A stretch of DNA of 64,000 nt from Escherichia coli (lineage in GTDB: Bacteria; Pseudomonadota; Gammaproteobacteria; Enterobacterales; Enterobacteriaceae): the NCBI RefSeq assembly GCF_050920415.1, contig NZ_CP169309.1, one strand, 5' to 3'. Of the stretch, positions 38,518 through 47,539 are shown piece by piece. Position 1 is the stretch's first letter, and each line of letters opens with the position of its first letter. The notes beneath the pieces are model-generated. The model saw only the letters and a list, made by a program, of their open reading frames with translations. It had not been told where the DNA came from and did not search any database. Both the position numbers and the translations under genes were made by a program.

Positions 38518-39412
38518 TCTTCTGCTCGATTTTGGACATCCGGTTGCTTATTACCCTGGGCTCGTTAAATACATGGGAAGTCCGCACGCTGTTATTTTCT
38601 TTGGTCAGATTTTTTACTGGCAGGATAAAGCACATGCAGCGGAAGGCGTACATAAAACGCGTGAAGAGATACAACACGAAACCGGACTTACATTTGAACA
38701 ACAGGCTGTAGCGCGTAAGCATCTTGTGTCCAGAGGCATTTTGGTTGAAACCAACAAGCGTCTTGAGCACAAAATGTTCTACCGTATAGATTGTGAGCGC
38801 CTTAATGAAATTATCAATGAAAACAATCAGTTTTCCCGAAATGGGGAAACCCGTTTTCGGGAAACTGTAAAACCCAATTTCGCGGAGGAGGGAAAGCCTT
38901 CACCGCGGACACGGGAAACCCCTCGCCGCGGAGAAGGGAAAACCAATTTCGATCTTACAGAGAATACAACAGAGATTACTTCAGAGAATACTACAGAGAG
39001 TAAAAACACTATTGGCGCATCCGCTGACGCGTCTGCACCAGCACGTTCTGCCCGACAGGAATATTCACCGGAATTTGAACAGGCCTGGCAGGAATATCCC
39101 AAACGTGCTGGTGGTAATTCCAAGTCAGCAGCCTTCAAAGCCTGGAAAGCCCGTATCAGGGAGGGAATAAAACCGGAGACCATGCTTGATGGTGTGAAGC
39201 GGTATGCCGCCTGGGTACGTGCTACAGGAAATACCGGCACACAGTTCGTGAAGCAGGCTGCGACGTTCTTTGGACCCGATCGTCACTTCGAAGATTACTG
39301 GCAACAGCCAGCCGCTCCCGGAGGTGGGCGACAGCGACAGGTCGATGTCCTGGCTGGCCTGGGAGCCATGTCTGACAAATTCGGTAAATCCAGTGACAAA
39401 CTGACATTCTGA
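38498..39412 (+). CDS. Putative replication initiation protein (O-like)
   Basis: 304 aa, directly upstream of the DnaC-like and DnaB-like genes; acidic and Gly/Arg-rich linker; called mainly by position. Confidence 0.5.
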   Translation: MAMRPSDLLLDFGHPVAYYPGLVKYMGSPHAVIFFGQIFYWQDKAHAAEGVHKTREEIQHETGLTFEQQAVARKHLVSRGILVETNKRLEHKMFYRIDCERLNEIINENNQFSRNGETRFRETVKPNFAEEGKPSPRTRETPRRGEGKTNFDLTENTTEITSENTTESKNTIGASADASAPARSARQEYSPEFEQAWQEYPKRAGGNSKSAAFKAWKARIREGIKPETMLDGVKRYAAWVRATGNTGTQFVKQAATFFGPDRHFEDYWQQPAAPGGGRQRQVDVLAGLGAMSDKFGKSSDKLTF

Positions 39413-39413
39413 G

Positions 39414-40301
39414 GTGACAGCGATGATGACGATTAACCAACGTGAGAAACAAACAAGACTACAGGCGCGAATGGATGAGTTACGGGCAGAGATTGCATTT
39501 GCTCAGAATGGCGAAAAGCCATGGCCTTACCGCGCCTGCCGGGAATCTGAAGGGGTTGGATGCTGCGAAAAACACGGTAAATATCGTACGCATATACTGG
39601 TGTGGGATGATCGGCAGGGGGGCGCTGTCTCAAAAATTTCCCGCTGTCCGGAGTGTCTGGTGGATGAAATGGATGTGACACATCGGACTCTGGTTGCAAT
39701 GAAAGCTGATGTGCTGATTGAGAATGCTGGTGTTGCCTGTAGGTTTCGCGACTGTGAGTTTGAAAACTATCAGGAGATTAACTCTGATGCAGCCAGAAAT
39801 CTTGCTGCCTGCCGCCGCTATGCAGAGAGCTGGGAGGATGTTCTGGCTAACGGTACCAGTCTTGTTCTGACAGGCAGTTGTGGTACCGGAAAAAATCATC
39901 TGGCTGTGGCTATGGCAAAACACATCATCCGTAACCATCTGGCCAGTGTGGAGATTACTGATGTGATGCGCCTTACCCGTGCTGTGAAAAACTGCTGGCG
40001 GAATGACAGCGAAAAAACAGCGGATGAAGTTATTGAGCATTATGCGTCATTGGATTTGCTGATCATCGACGAAGTCGGCGTTCAGTTTGGCAGCGCGGCT
40101 GAAATGGCTATTTTGCAGGAAATTATCAATGCCCGGTACGAAAGCATCCTGCCCACCATCCTGATCAGCAACCTTTCACCGGAAGAGTTGTGGGCGTTCA
40201 TCAGCCCCCGCATTGCCGACAGGATCACAGACGGGGGACGCAACTGGTTGTCGTTTAACTGGCCCAGCTATCGTGCGCATATTGGAGGTGTGGCTGCATG
40301 A
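39414..40301 (+). CDS. DnaC/IstB-like AAA+ helicase loader
   Basis: Walker A GSCGTGKNHLAVA and Walker B LLIIDEVG. Confidence 0.8.
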   Translation: MTAMMTINQREKQTRLQARMDELRAEIAFAQNGEKPWPYRACRESEGVGCCEKHGKYRTHILVWDDRQGGAVSKISRCPECLVDEMDVTHRTLVAMKADVLIENAGVACRFRDCEFENYQEINSDAARNLAACRRYAESWEDVLANGTSLVLTGSCGTGKNHLAVAMAKHIIRNHLASVEITDVMRLTRAVKNCWRNDSEKTADEVIEHYASLDLLIIDEVGVQFGSAAEMAILQEIINARYESILPTILISNLSPEELWAFISPRIADRITDGGRNWLSFNWPSYRAHIGGVAA

Positions 40302-41689
40302 CCACTCCAGTATGGCGTAACGATGATCTGGAAGGCGCTGTCATTGGCGCGTTTTTTCTGCGTGGGGCAGATCATGAAGTGATGGATATTCTGGCCACAC
40401 TGCCAGCGGACGTTTTTTCTGTACGAGCGTATAGGGATATCTACACAGGCATCTGCCGACAGGCTCGTGTTTCAGGTGTGATTGATCCTGTGCTGCTGTG
40501 TAATGAAATGCCGGAACTTGCTCCGGTGATTACTGATACCGGGCGTAAAACCTGGGTGAAGTCTTCACTGGAGCACTATGTTGCAGCGTTGCGGCGCAAT
40601 GCTGCATTGCGTGATGCAGAAAAAACACTGAATGAGGCGCTGCAGAAATTACGTGATGCGCATACCTGTGAAGCAGCTGAAGATGTCCTGAAGGATGCGC
40701 AGAACATGATGGCTTCATTGTCGACGGAAAAGGGCATTATTCAGCCGATACATATTGATGATGTGCTTCCGGAGGTGGTTGAGCGTGTTGAATGCCGGAA
40801 TCAGGGACTGGAGAAATCCAGAACGTTGATGACCGGTATTGAGGAGCTGGACGCAAAGACAGGTGGCATGGAGCCCGGCGACCTGGTGTTCATTGCGGCT
40901 CGTCCGTCAATGGGCAAAACCGAACTGGCGCTGGATATCATCGACAAGGTGACTGAGCAGGGGCATGGTGTTCTTCTGTTCACAATGGAAATGGCGAACA
41001 TCCAGATTGGTGAACGCATGGTATCTGCGGCTGGAGGAATGCCGGTATCACGCCTGAAATCTGTCACTCACTTTGAAGATGAAGACTGGGCGCGTTTCTC
41101 ACAAGGGGTGGGACGGATGACCGGTCGCAATATCTGGATGGTGGACCAGGCGAATCTGACCATTGATGAGATATGCGCAACAACGAAACACCACCTGATT
41201 AAACATCCGGAAACGGCGCTGGTGGTGGTTGATTATCTCGGGCTGATAAAAACCCGGAGCACGGGGCGTCATGACCTTGCCGTGGGTGAAATCTCAAAGG
41301 GGCTTAAAGGCCTGGCAAAATCCGGTGGTTTTCCGTTGATTGCGCTGAGCCAGCTCTCCCGCGGTGTGGAGTCCAGGCCCAATAAACGCCCCATGAACTC
41401 AGACCTGAAAAATTCCGGAGAAATAGAGGCGGATGCAGACATCATTCTGATGCTTTACAGGGATGAAGTGTACAACCCGGATACGCAGGCCAGGGGCATC
41501 GCAGAAATCAATATCACGAAACAACGTAACGGTTCTCTGGGGACAATTTACCGGCGTTTTTATAACGGACATTTTCTGCCTGTAGACCAGGAAAGCGCAC
41601 AGGTTCTTTCCACCCCAATGCAGCCGCCTCAGCCGCGCAGATACAGCAATAAACGAACCGACAGTAGTAAGATGGAGCGTTTCTTTTGA
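40298..41689 (+). CDS. DnaB-family replicative helicase
   Basis: 463 aa; Walker A ARPSMGKTELALD; DnaB C-terminal RecA-like domain (LIALSQLSRGVESR). Confidence 0.85.
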   Translation: MTTPVWRNDDLEGAVIGAFFLRGADHEVMDILATLPADVFSVRAYRDIYTGICRQARVSGVIDPVLLCNEMPELAPVITDTGRKTWVKSSLEHYVAALRRNAALRDAEKTLNEALQKLRDAHTCEAAEDVLKDAQNMMASLSTEKGIIQPIHIDDVLPEVVERVECRNQGLEKSRTLMTGIEELDAKTGGMEPGDLVFIAARPSMGKTELALDIIDKVTEQGHGVLLFTMEMANIQIGERMVSAAGGMPVSRLKSVTHFEDEDWARFSQGVGRMTGRNIWMVDQANLTIDEICATTKHHLIKHPETALVVVDYLGLIKTRSTGRHDLAVGEISKGLKGLAKSGGFPLIALSQLSRGVESRPNKRPMNSDLKNSGEIEADADIILMLYRDEVYNPDTQARGIAEINITKQRNGSLGTIYRRFYNGHFLPVDQESAQVLSTPMQPPQPRRYSNKRTDSSKMERFF

Positions 41690-41943
41690 ACAACCAGACA
41701 ATGACTTTTACCCCTGAACAATTACGCAAACAGGCGCAGGAAATGCTGCGACAGGCGGAACAACTGGAAAAATCAGGCGTAACAAAAGATGCCATTCGTC
41801 GGGATATGGTACCCGCGCTCAGAGAACTGATGCAGGCAAAACACCGCGCACAAAAAGCGGTGGATGAGCTGGTGGATTGTGTGGCAGAGCTGGAAACAAA
41901 AGTTGGAAAATTTGAAAAACTGGTGCAGGAGGTACTGCGCTGA
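41686..41943 (+). CDS. Hypothetical coiled-coil protein (85 aa)
   Basis: ORF between the helicase and Q genes, overlapping both ends. Confidence 0.5.
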   Translation: MNNQTMTFTPEQLRKQAQEMLRQAEQLEKSGVTKDAIRRDMVPALRELMQAKHRAQKAVDELVDCVAELETKVGKFEKLVQEVLR

Positions 41944-42308
41944 TGCGTGATATTCAGATGGTTCTTGAGCGTTGGGGGGCGTGGGTGGCAAATAACCACG
42001 AAGATGTTACCTGGTCGTCGATTGCTGCGGGATTCAAAGGACTGATTCCGTCAAAGGTTAAGTCACGTCCGCAATGTTGTGACGATGACGCGATGATCAT
42101 TTGTGGTTGCATGGCTCGTCTGAAAAAGAACAACCGTGACTTGCATGATCTGCTCGTGGATTATTACGTTGGGGGAATGACTTTTATGGCGCTTGCAAGG
42201 AAACATGGACGTTCAGATTGCTGGGTTGGTCGTTTGTTGCAAAAAGCAGAGGGGATCGTGGCTGGTATGTTAATGATGTTGGATGTCAAACTAGAGATGG
42301 AATATTAA
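41943..42308 (+). CDS. Late-gene antiterminator Q (QuuD/phage-82-like family)
   Basis: 121 aa, [34 protein letters not shown]...[16 protein letters not shown]; resembles E. coli DLP12 QuuD as recalled. Confidence 0.75.
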   Translation: MRDIQMVLERWGAWVANNHEDVTWSSIAAGFKGLIPSKVKSRPQCCDDDAMIICGCMARLKKNNRDLHDLLVDYYVGGMTFMALARKHGRSDCWVGRLLQKAEGIVAGMLMMLDVKLEMEY

Positions 42309-42475
42309 TTTAATTCTCATAGAATTCTTTTCTTTATGAGGGGCGAATAATGCCCCTAAACTAGAATATTATAGCTGCCTCATTATCTGGGCAGCATTAG
42401 GTTGTTGAGTGGTTTTCGCTATTAAAGCAATCATTCAAAAGGTATAAAATATGAAGCTGGGTTCTATATTAACGC

Positions 42476-43663
42476 TTACTCCATGCTAAGTGAATCCTGA
42501 TAGCGCTTAAATGCCTCCGCGAAAGCTAGAGCAGCATCAGCATTTGATACCATGTATTCTTCTGTAATGCCTGTTTGGGACTGGAAATATAACTTTCCAT
42601 AAATGCAAATTGGGATTTGATAGTTATCTTTAAATCGTCGGTCTGGTGAGCCATCTTTATTTGTTTTTGCCCATGTATGCCCAGCTATGCTGGCATCACT
42701 CGGAACACCATCCTCTTCATGGAACCCTTGATGCTGCGCATTAATTTGTAATTCCCGTAAGTCAATCAGAGCAAATGCCCCATCGGGGCGAGGAATTACA
42801 GCAATACCCGGATAAAGCAATATATCGTCGCCATTGACATTTTCAAATCGCATTGCTCTTCCAGTAAAACGAATTAGATCTGTTGAAGCGAAATCAAATA
42901 CGACTGGATGACGATCAACTGCTCGTGTAGCTAACGTCCTTTCTGCAAACTGATCTATAGCTTTATCTGCGGTAATATCCCATTTTTTGATACTTGATTT
43001 TAAAATATCGAAAGCACGAATCATTGCTGCATAAGCCCGCTGTGAGGAATCGCTGGTTTCGAAATTAATGACGATTTTAGTGTTATCTTCCCAGGATACA
43101 AGACGAGATACTTCTGCTTGTATTTGTGGTAGCGTTGCTTCAAGTTCTGCAATGCGACGTTTATAAAACCATCGAAACAGGCTTGATTTACGTCGAGCCA
43201 ATTCACTCTTTTGTCTTGATTCTTCTGCAAGAGCCTCTTGTAAGTCAGATGCTATTTCCGCTCTTTGTTCTCGTGCTTTAACGATCAAGTCTCGTAAAGG
43301 TAAAAGAGATGTACTTGTCAAGGCCTCTACTGAGGCACTGGAGATTTCATTCATGCCTGTTTGTGGCATGTACATTTTTGCGTTTGATGGGGTGTTGTCT
43401 GAAATTAACTCGGGTGCATCAATATGAGATTCTACAGACGACGGATTTAGCTGAATGGTTGTGGATGGTTTGTCTTTGTATGGTAAACGAGGGGATGTAT
43501 ACGATAAACCAGATCCTGGTAACCCTAGAGTTGCTTTAATTCCTTTTTGGTTAACATTAACTGTGGCTCCGGGGACACCAAAACTTGCGCTTACCCCATG
43601 TTTACCGATGTTAAGGCGTACTCCGGGGAAAATGGTAAAAGTTTGTCTGAAGCGAAGAGACAT
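42476..43663 (-). CDS. Reverse-strand moron: 395-aa protein with DUF4236-like N-terminus, central coiled coil and unknown C-terminal domain
   Basis: N-terminus MSLRFRQTFTIFPGVRLNIGKHGVSASFGVPGATVNVNQKGIKATLGLPGSGLSYT matches the DUF4236 pattern; AGGGA RBS; oriented against late transcription; AT-rich flanks. Confidence 0.75.
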   Translation of the reverse strand: MSLRFRQTFTIFPGVRLNIGKHGVSASFGVPGATVNVNQKGIKATLGLPGSGLSYTSPRLPYKDKPSTTIQLNPSSVESHIDAPELISDNTPSNAKMYMPQTGMNEISSASVEALTSTSLLPLRDLIVKAREQRAEIASDLQEALAEESRQKSELARRKSSLFRWFYKRRIAELEATLPQIQAEVSRLVSWEDNTKIVINFETSDSSQRAYAAMIRAFDILKSSIKKWDITADKAIDQFAERTLATRAVDRHPVVFDFASTDLIRFTGRAMRFENVNGDDILLYPGIAVIPRPDGAFALIDLRELQINAQHQGFHEEDGVPSDASIAGHTWAKTNKDGSPDRRFKDNYQIPICIYGKLYFQSQTGITEEYMVSNADAALAFAEAFKRYQDSLSME

Positions 43664-43696
43664 AAGATAATCCCTGTGTAGTAATGTCTAAAGTTA

Positions 43697-43717
43697 CATT
43701 CCATACTGGAATGTAAT
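43697..43717. promoter_or_regulatory. Perfect 9-3-9 palindrome upstream of the moron gene (candidate operator)
   Basis: TACATTCCA-tac-TGGAATGTA located 34 nt upstream of the start codon at 43663. Confidence 0.45.
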
Positions 43718-43855
43718 ACTGCGATGAGACACGAGGCTCATTAAGGATTTTGGCATTTTGCTGACATAAATTCTATAAAAATTATGGTGATAAACGTTTT
43801 ACAATCGTAAAAAAACAAATATGCTGTTAAGAGTGGTACTACGCCACACAGCTTA

Positions 43856-43881
43856 AACCCGCCGATGAGCGGGTTTTTTTG
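43856..43881 (+). terminator. Rho-independent terminator
   Basis: ACCCGC-cgatga-GCGGGT followed by TTTTTTT. Confidence 0.65.
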
Positions 43882-44037
43882 TGCACAGAAAACCCCCAGC
43901 TAGGCTGGGGGTTCCGGAAAGCTTTCAGCTTTGAGCCAGTTATTAAAACCCCTTTTGATTTGTTAAAACACCTTGCGGTCTGGCAACTTCTTAACTCACT
44001 TATTGTTTCCACCCATGTTTTTGGATACCTGCTGTAG

Positions 44038-44074
44038 CTGTCAGATTAGCGCGATAATCTGACAGCTTTTTTTT
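44038..44074 (+). terminator. Strong rho-independent terminator
   Basis: 11-bp stem CTGTCAGATTA...TAATCTGACAG followed by T8. Confidence 0.75.
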
Positions 44075-44363
44075 ACAACGAATCCTTCTGATCTGCTTTT
44101 GCGGGGCTTTTTTGTATCCGCTCCATGCCCGGCGTATAAGCGGAGGTTGGTCAGTTTTCTAAAAATTGAAATACCTCACAATTCAGCCAGTTAATGGTTG
44201 TTTGTCTGGCGAAGAGTTTGTAAATAAAAAAACGCATGGTGAATCCCCCTAAGCGGCGGGGCGAATCAGCAGTCAGTTCTGGGATAATCGCGGGTTCGTA
44301 TGCTGATGCCGGACTCACCGGGAGGCACCCGGCACCATGCATCATGGTCATCCCCTTGTATGA

Positions 44364-44389
44364 TACCCCTCTCCGGAGGGGTATTTTTT
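44364..44389 (+). terminator. Rho-independent terminator
   Basis: TACCCCTC-tccg-GAGGGGTA followed by TTTTTT. Confidence 0.7.
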
Positions 44390-44822
44390 GGATAAAAAAG
44401 CCCGCGCTGGGAGGCACGGGCGGCAAGGAATAAAACGTGAAGAAATTTTCACAGGCGCATAATAATCCGATGTTGCCAGATTTTGCAACTGCATCATCTG
44501 GTTATTATGTGAGCTGGAAAATCAGATTCTGTATGGACTGAAGCCATGCTGTTATTCAGGGCCAAAGAACGGACTTTTTCTTCCGCCTTTCAGGTAACGA
44601 TTAATGAGAAAAAGACTGAAATGCCCCCTCGGGGAGGAGGATAGTAGAAAAAAGAACCCGCCAGCAAAAATATTGGGGGGATGAACAGCTTTCGCTACTC
44701 TGGTTGCTGGCGGGTATAGCTCCTCATGAATAAGAATGTCGCGGTATTTTTTAATGGAAATGAGAATCATTGTCAACTGATTGCGTGTGTTGTCTTCATA
44801 CATGACTGGTAAAGGTGATTCA

Positions 44823-44853
44823 GGCCATCAGAGTTTTGCTGATGGCCTTTTTT
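44823..44853 (+). terminator. Terminator immediately upstream of the holin start (candidate tR'-like late terminator)
   Basis: GGCCATCAG-agttttg-CTGATGGCC followed by TTTTTT; lies inside the extended holin ORF of the ORF track. Confidence 0.6.
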
Positions 44854-44886
44854 CTTTCCGGTAGCACAGGTCTGTCGGGGCGGGAT

Positions 44887-45102
44887 ATGTATCAGATGGA
44901 AAAAATATCAACAGGCATTGCCTACGGCACCTCCGCAGGCAGTGCTGGCTACTGGTTTTTACAGTGGCTTGATCAGGTCAGCCCGTCACAGTGGGCTGCG
45001 ATTGGTGTACTGGGAAGTCTGGTTCTGGGCTTTCTGACTTATCTGACGAATCTGTACTTCAAAATCAGAGAAGACAGAAGAAAGGCTGCGAGAGGAGAGT
45101 AA
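44887..45102 (+). CDS. Holin (EssD/phage-21 S-like, class II)
   Basis: [71 protein letters not shown], 71 aa, closely resembles DLP12 EssD as recalled. Confidence 0.85.
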   Translation: MYQMEKISTGIAYGTSAGSAGYWFLQWLDQVSPSQWAAIGVLGSLVLGFLTYLTNLYFKIREDRRKAARGE

Positions 45103-45106
45103 TATA

Positions 45107-45457
45107 ATGGTCCAAAACTATGAAATGATTGTGAAAGGGATCCGCAATTTTGAGAATAAAGTTACGGTAACTTTAGCATTACAGGACAAAGAACGCTTTG
45201 ACGGTGAAATTTTTGACCTGGACATCTCGCTGGACCGTGTTGAAGGTGCCGCGCTGGAGTTTTATGAGGCAGTAGCCAGAAGGAGCATCAGACAGGTCTT
45301 CCTGGATGTTGCTGCCGGGTTATGTGAAGGGGATGAGCAGTCGCCGGAAAAGCGCCCCGTAATTTTAGAGGCGCAGAATGTGTGGATAACCTACAAAGGA
45401 AAGCTACCAGGAAGAATTACTGGTTCTCTGAAGACTCCTCCGGAATCACAACCTTAA
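45107..45457 (+). CDS. Hypothetical protein (116 aa) inserted between holin and endolysin
   Basis: ORF MVQNYEMIVKGIRNFENKVTV... with no TM segment or signal peptide. Confidence 0.5.
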   Translation: MVQNYEMIVKGIRNFENKVTVTLALQDKERFDGEIFDLDISLDRVEGAALEFYEAVARRSIRQVFLDVAAGLCEGDEQSPEKRPVILEAQNVWITYKGKLPGRITGSLKTPPESQP

Positions 45458-45520
45458 GTCACTGACCGGAACAGATAAACCTGTCCGTGGGCAGAAACCG
45501 ATAAATCCTGATAAATATCC

Positions 45521-46054
45521 ATGAACGCAAAAATCAGATACGGCCTGTCGGCTGCCGTTCTGGCACTGATTGCCGTCGGTGCTCCCGCGCCTGATATTCT
45601 CGACCAGTTTCTGGATGAAAAAGAAGGTAACCACACAACGGCATACCGCGATGGTTCCGGCATCTGGACCATCTGTCGGGGTGCCACGATGGTGGATGGA
45701 AAACCCGTTTTTCCCGGTATGAAACTGTCGAAGGAAAAATGCGACCAGGTTAACGCCATTGAACGTGATAAGGCGCTGGCATGGGTGGAGCGCAATATTA
45801 AAGTACCACTGACCGAACCACAGAAAGCGGGTATAGCGTCATTTTGTCCCTATAACATTGGCCCCGGTAAGTGTTTCCCGTCGACGTTTTATAAGCGGCT
45901 GAATGCCGGTGATCGTAAGGGTGCATGCGAGGCGATTCGCTGGTGGATAAAAGATGGTGGGCGCGATTGCCGCATACGTTCAAATAACTGCTATGGACAG
46001 GTTATTCGTCGTGACCAGGAAAGCGCATTAGCCTGTTGGGGGATAGATCAGTGA
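45521..46054 (+). CDS. SAR-endolysin (lysozyme with N-terminal signal-anchor-release domain)
   Basis: 177 aa; hydrophobic N-terminus [18 protein letters not shown] followed by a lysozyme-like domain. Confidence 0.8.
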   Translation: MNAKIRYGLSAAVLALIAVGAPAPDILDQFLDEKEGNHTTAYRDGSGIWTICRGATMVDGKPVFPGMKLSKEKCDQVNAIERDKALAWVERNIKVPLTEPQKAGIASFCPYNIGPGKCFPSTFYKRLNAGDRKGACEAIRWWIKDGGRDCRIRSNNCYGQVIRRDQESALACWGIDQ

Positions 46055-46515
46055 GCAGAGTCGCCGCGATTATTTATGCTCTGGTTATCTGCATCATCGT
46101 CTGCCTGTCGTGGGCGGTCAATCATTACCGTGATAACGCCATCGCCTACAAAGAACAGCGTGATAAAAAAGTCAGTGAGCTGAAGCAGGCGATCGCCACC
46201 ATCGCTGACATGCAGCAGCGTCAGCGTGATGTTGCTGCGCTCGATGCAAAGTACTCGAGAGAATTAGCCAATGCGAAAGCTGAAAATGAAACTCTGCGCG
46301 CTGATGTTGCCGCTGGTCGTCGTCGGTTGCACATCAAAGCAGTCTGTCAGTCAGTGCGTGAAGCCACCACCGCCTCCGGCGTGGATAATGCAACCAGCCC
46401 CCGACTGGCAGACACCGCTGAACGGGATTATTTCACCCTCAGAGAGCGGCTGATGACGATGCAGATGCAACTGGAAGGGGCACAGGAGTATATCCGCACT
46501 CAGTGCATTAAGTAG
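46051..46515 (+). CDS. Spanin inner-membrane subunit Rz (i-spanin)
   Basis: GTG start overlapping the endolysin stop; N-terminal TM then coiled coil. Confidence 0.75.
   Translation: MSRVAAIIYALVICIIVCLSWAVNHYRDNAIAYKEQRDKKVSELKQAIATIADMQQRQRDVAALDAKYSRELANAKAENETLRADVAAGRRRLHIKAVCQSVREATTASGVDNATSPRLADTAERDYFTLRERLMTMQMQLEGAQEYIRTQCIK
46271..46453 (+). CDS. Spanin outer-membrane lipoprotein Rz1 (o-spanin), embedded in the +1 frame of Rz
   Basis: Lipobox LVVVGC followed by a proline-rich segment PPPPPAW; entirely nested in Rz. Confidence 0.75.
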   Translation: MRKLKMKLCALMLPLVVVGCTSKQSVSQCVKPPPPPAWIMQPAPDWQTPLNGIISPSESG

Positions 46516-46557
46516 CCTTTTTATCGTGGTAAACATTTCGCAGGGTATGAGGTATTT

Positions 46558-46908
46558 ATGCCATCACGAATCCCACGCGCCTGCCGTAAGCGTGGATGTG
46601 CAGGTACAACCACAGACAGTTCTGGTTACTGCGATAAACATCGTGGCGAAGGATGGGTACAGCATCAACGCGGACTGAGCCGCCACCAGCGTGGCTATGG
46701 CTCGAAATGGGATGCCATACGTGCGCGCATACTGAAGCGTGATAATCATCTGTGTCAGAACTGCCTGCGCAATGGGAGAGCCGTTGAAGCCAGAACTGTG
46801 GACCACATCATTCCGAAAGCTCATGGTGGCACGGATGCAGACAGTAACCTGCAGAGTCTGTGCTGGCCCTGTCATAAAGCAAAAACAGCGCGCGAACGCA
46901 TCAATTGA
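46558..46908 (+). CDS. HNH endonuclease (terminase-associated)
   Basis: 116 aa; Cys-rich; HNH motif DHIIPKAHGGTDADSNLQSLCWPCH. Confidence 0.8.
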   Translation: MPSRIPRACRKRGCAGTTTDSSGYCDKHRGEGWVQHQRGLSRHQRGYGSKWDAIRARILKRDNHLCQNCLRNGRAVEARTVDHIIPKAHGGTDADSNLQSLCWPCHKAKTARERIN

Positions 46909-47056
46909 TAACAGTTCCCATCTGTAGGGGAGGGGCGGGTCAAATCTCTGCAACCCTGGCTGCTCAGTACCGCCGCCTGACCCTTCCTCACATCGCCGCA
47001 GGTTCGAAAACTTTTTTTTGGAAATGTGAACAAACGATTGATAGGTAAGACCGATT

Positions 47057-47539
47057 ATGTCAGGACCTCCGAAAACCCCGCCACGCCTGCATTTGATACG
47101 AGGCAACCCCTCAAAGCGTCCCGTTAAAGACCACAAAAAAACCGCTAAAAAGGATGAAAAAGGTCTTCCTAAAATTCCGCAGCATTTAGGGGCTCAGGGG
47201 AAGTACTGGTTCAGGCGAATGGCGGAAGAGCTGAATGCGGAAGGGATCATTTCTCAGCTTGATGCACGTGCGCTCGAGTTGCTGGTGGAAGCCTACACCG
47301 AATATCGGCATCACTGCGAAACACTCGATGTTGAGGGGTATACTTACCGCACGGAAACGCAGAGCGGTGATGTACTGATTAAGGCGCACCCCGCGGCGGC
47401 AATGAAAGCGGATGCCTGGAAGCGGATCCGGGCAATGCTTGCAGAGTTTGGTATGTCACCGGCAAGCCGGGCTAAAGTAAATATCGCCGGACCGGATGAT
47501 GTTGATCCGCTGGCGGAGCTTTTAAAAGCGAGAGACTGA
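47057..47539 (+). CDS. Terminase small subunit
   Basis: 160 aa, directly upstream of and overlapping the large terminase; basic N-terminus. Confidence 0.75.
   Translation: MSGPPKTPPRLHLIRGNPSKRPVKDHKKTAKKDEKGLPKIPQHLGAQGKYWFRRMAEELNAEGIISQLDARALELLVEAYTEYRHHCETLDVEGYTYRTETQSGDVLIKAHPAAAMKADAWKRIRAMLAEFGMSPASRAKVNIAGPDDVDPLAELLKARD

Noticed and set aside
44151-44433. 91-aa minus-strand and 65-aa plus-strand ORFs in the terminator-rich region
   Set aside because: They overlap strong hairpin/terminator structures, lack RBSs and have Pro/Gly/Arg-rich low-complexity translations; the region is more likely non-coding regulatory or structured RNA.
42309-44886. Possible Shiga toxin (stxAB) or tRNA genes in the Q-to-lysis interval, as seen in yecE-integrated Stx phages
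   Set aside because: No ORF with an Stx A- or B-subunit-like signal peptide and sequence is present; no tRNA-like cloverleaf or conserved T-loop (GGTTCGAATCC-type) was found by eye. The interval instead holds the reverse-strand DUF4236-like gene and terminators. A tRNAscan run would be needed to exclude tRNAs formally.
44815-44886. Extended N-terminus of the holin ORF starting at GTG 44815
   Set aside because: The extension contains a rho-independent terminator (44823-44853); the 71-aa holin beginning MYQMEK at 44887 matches the EssD-type holin length.
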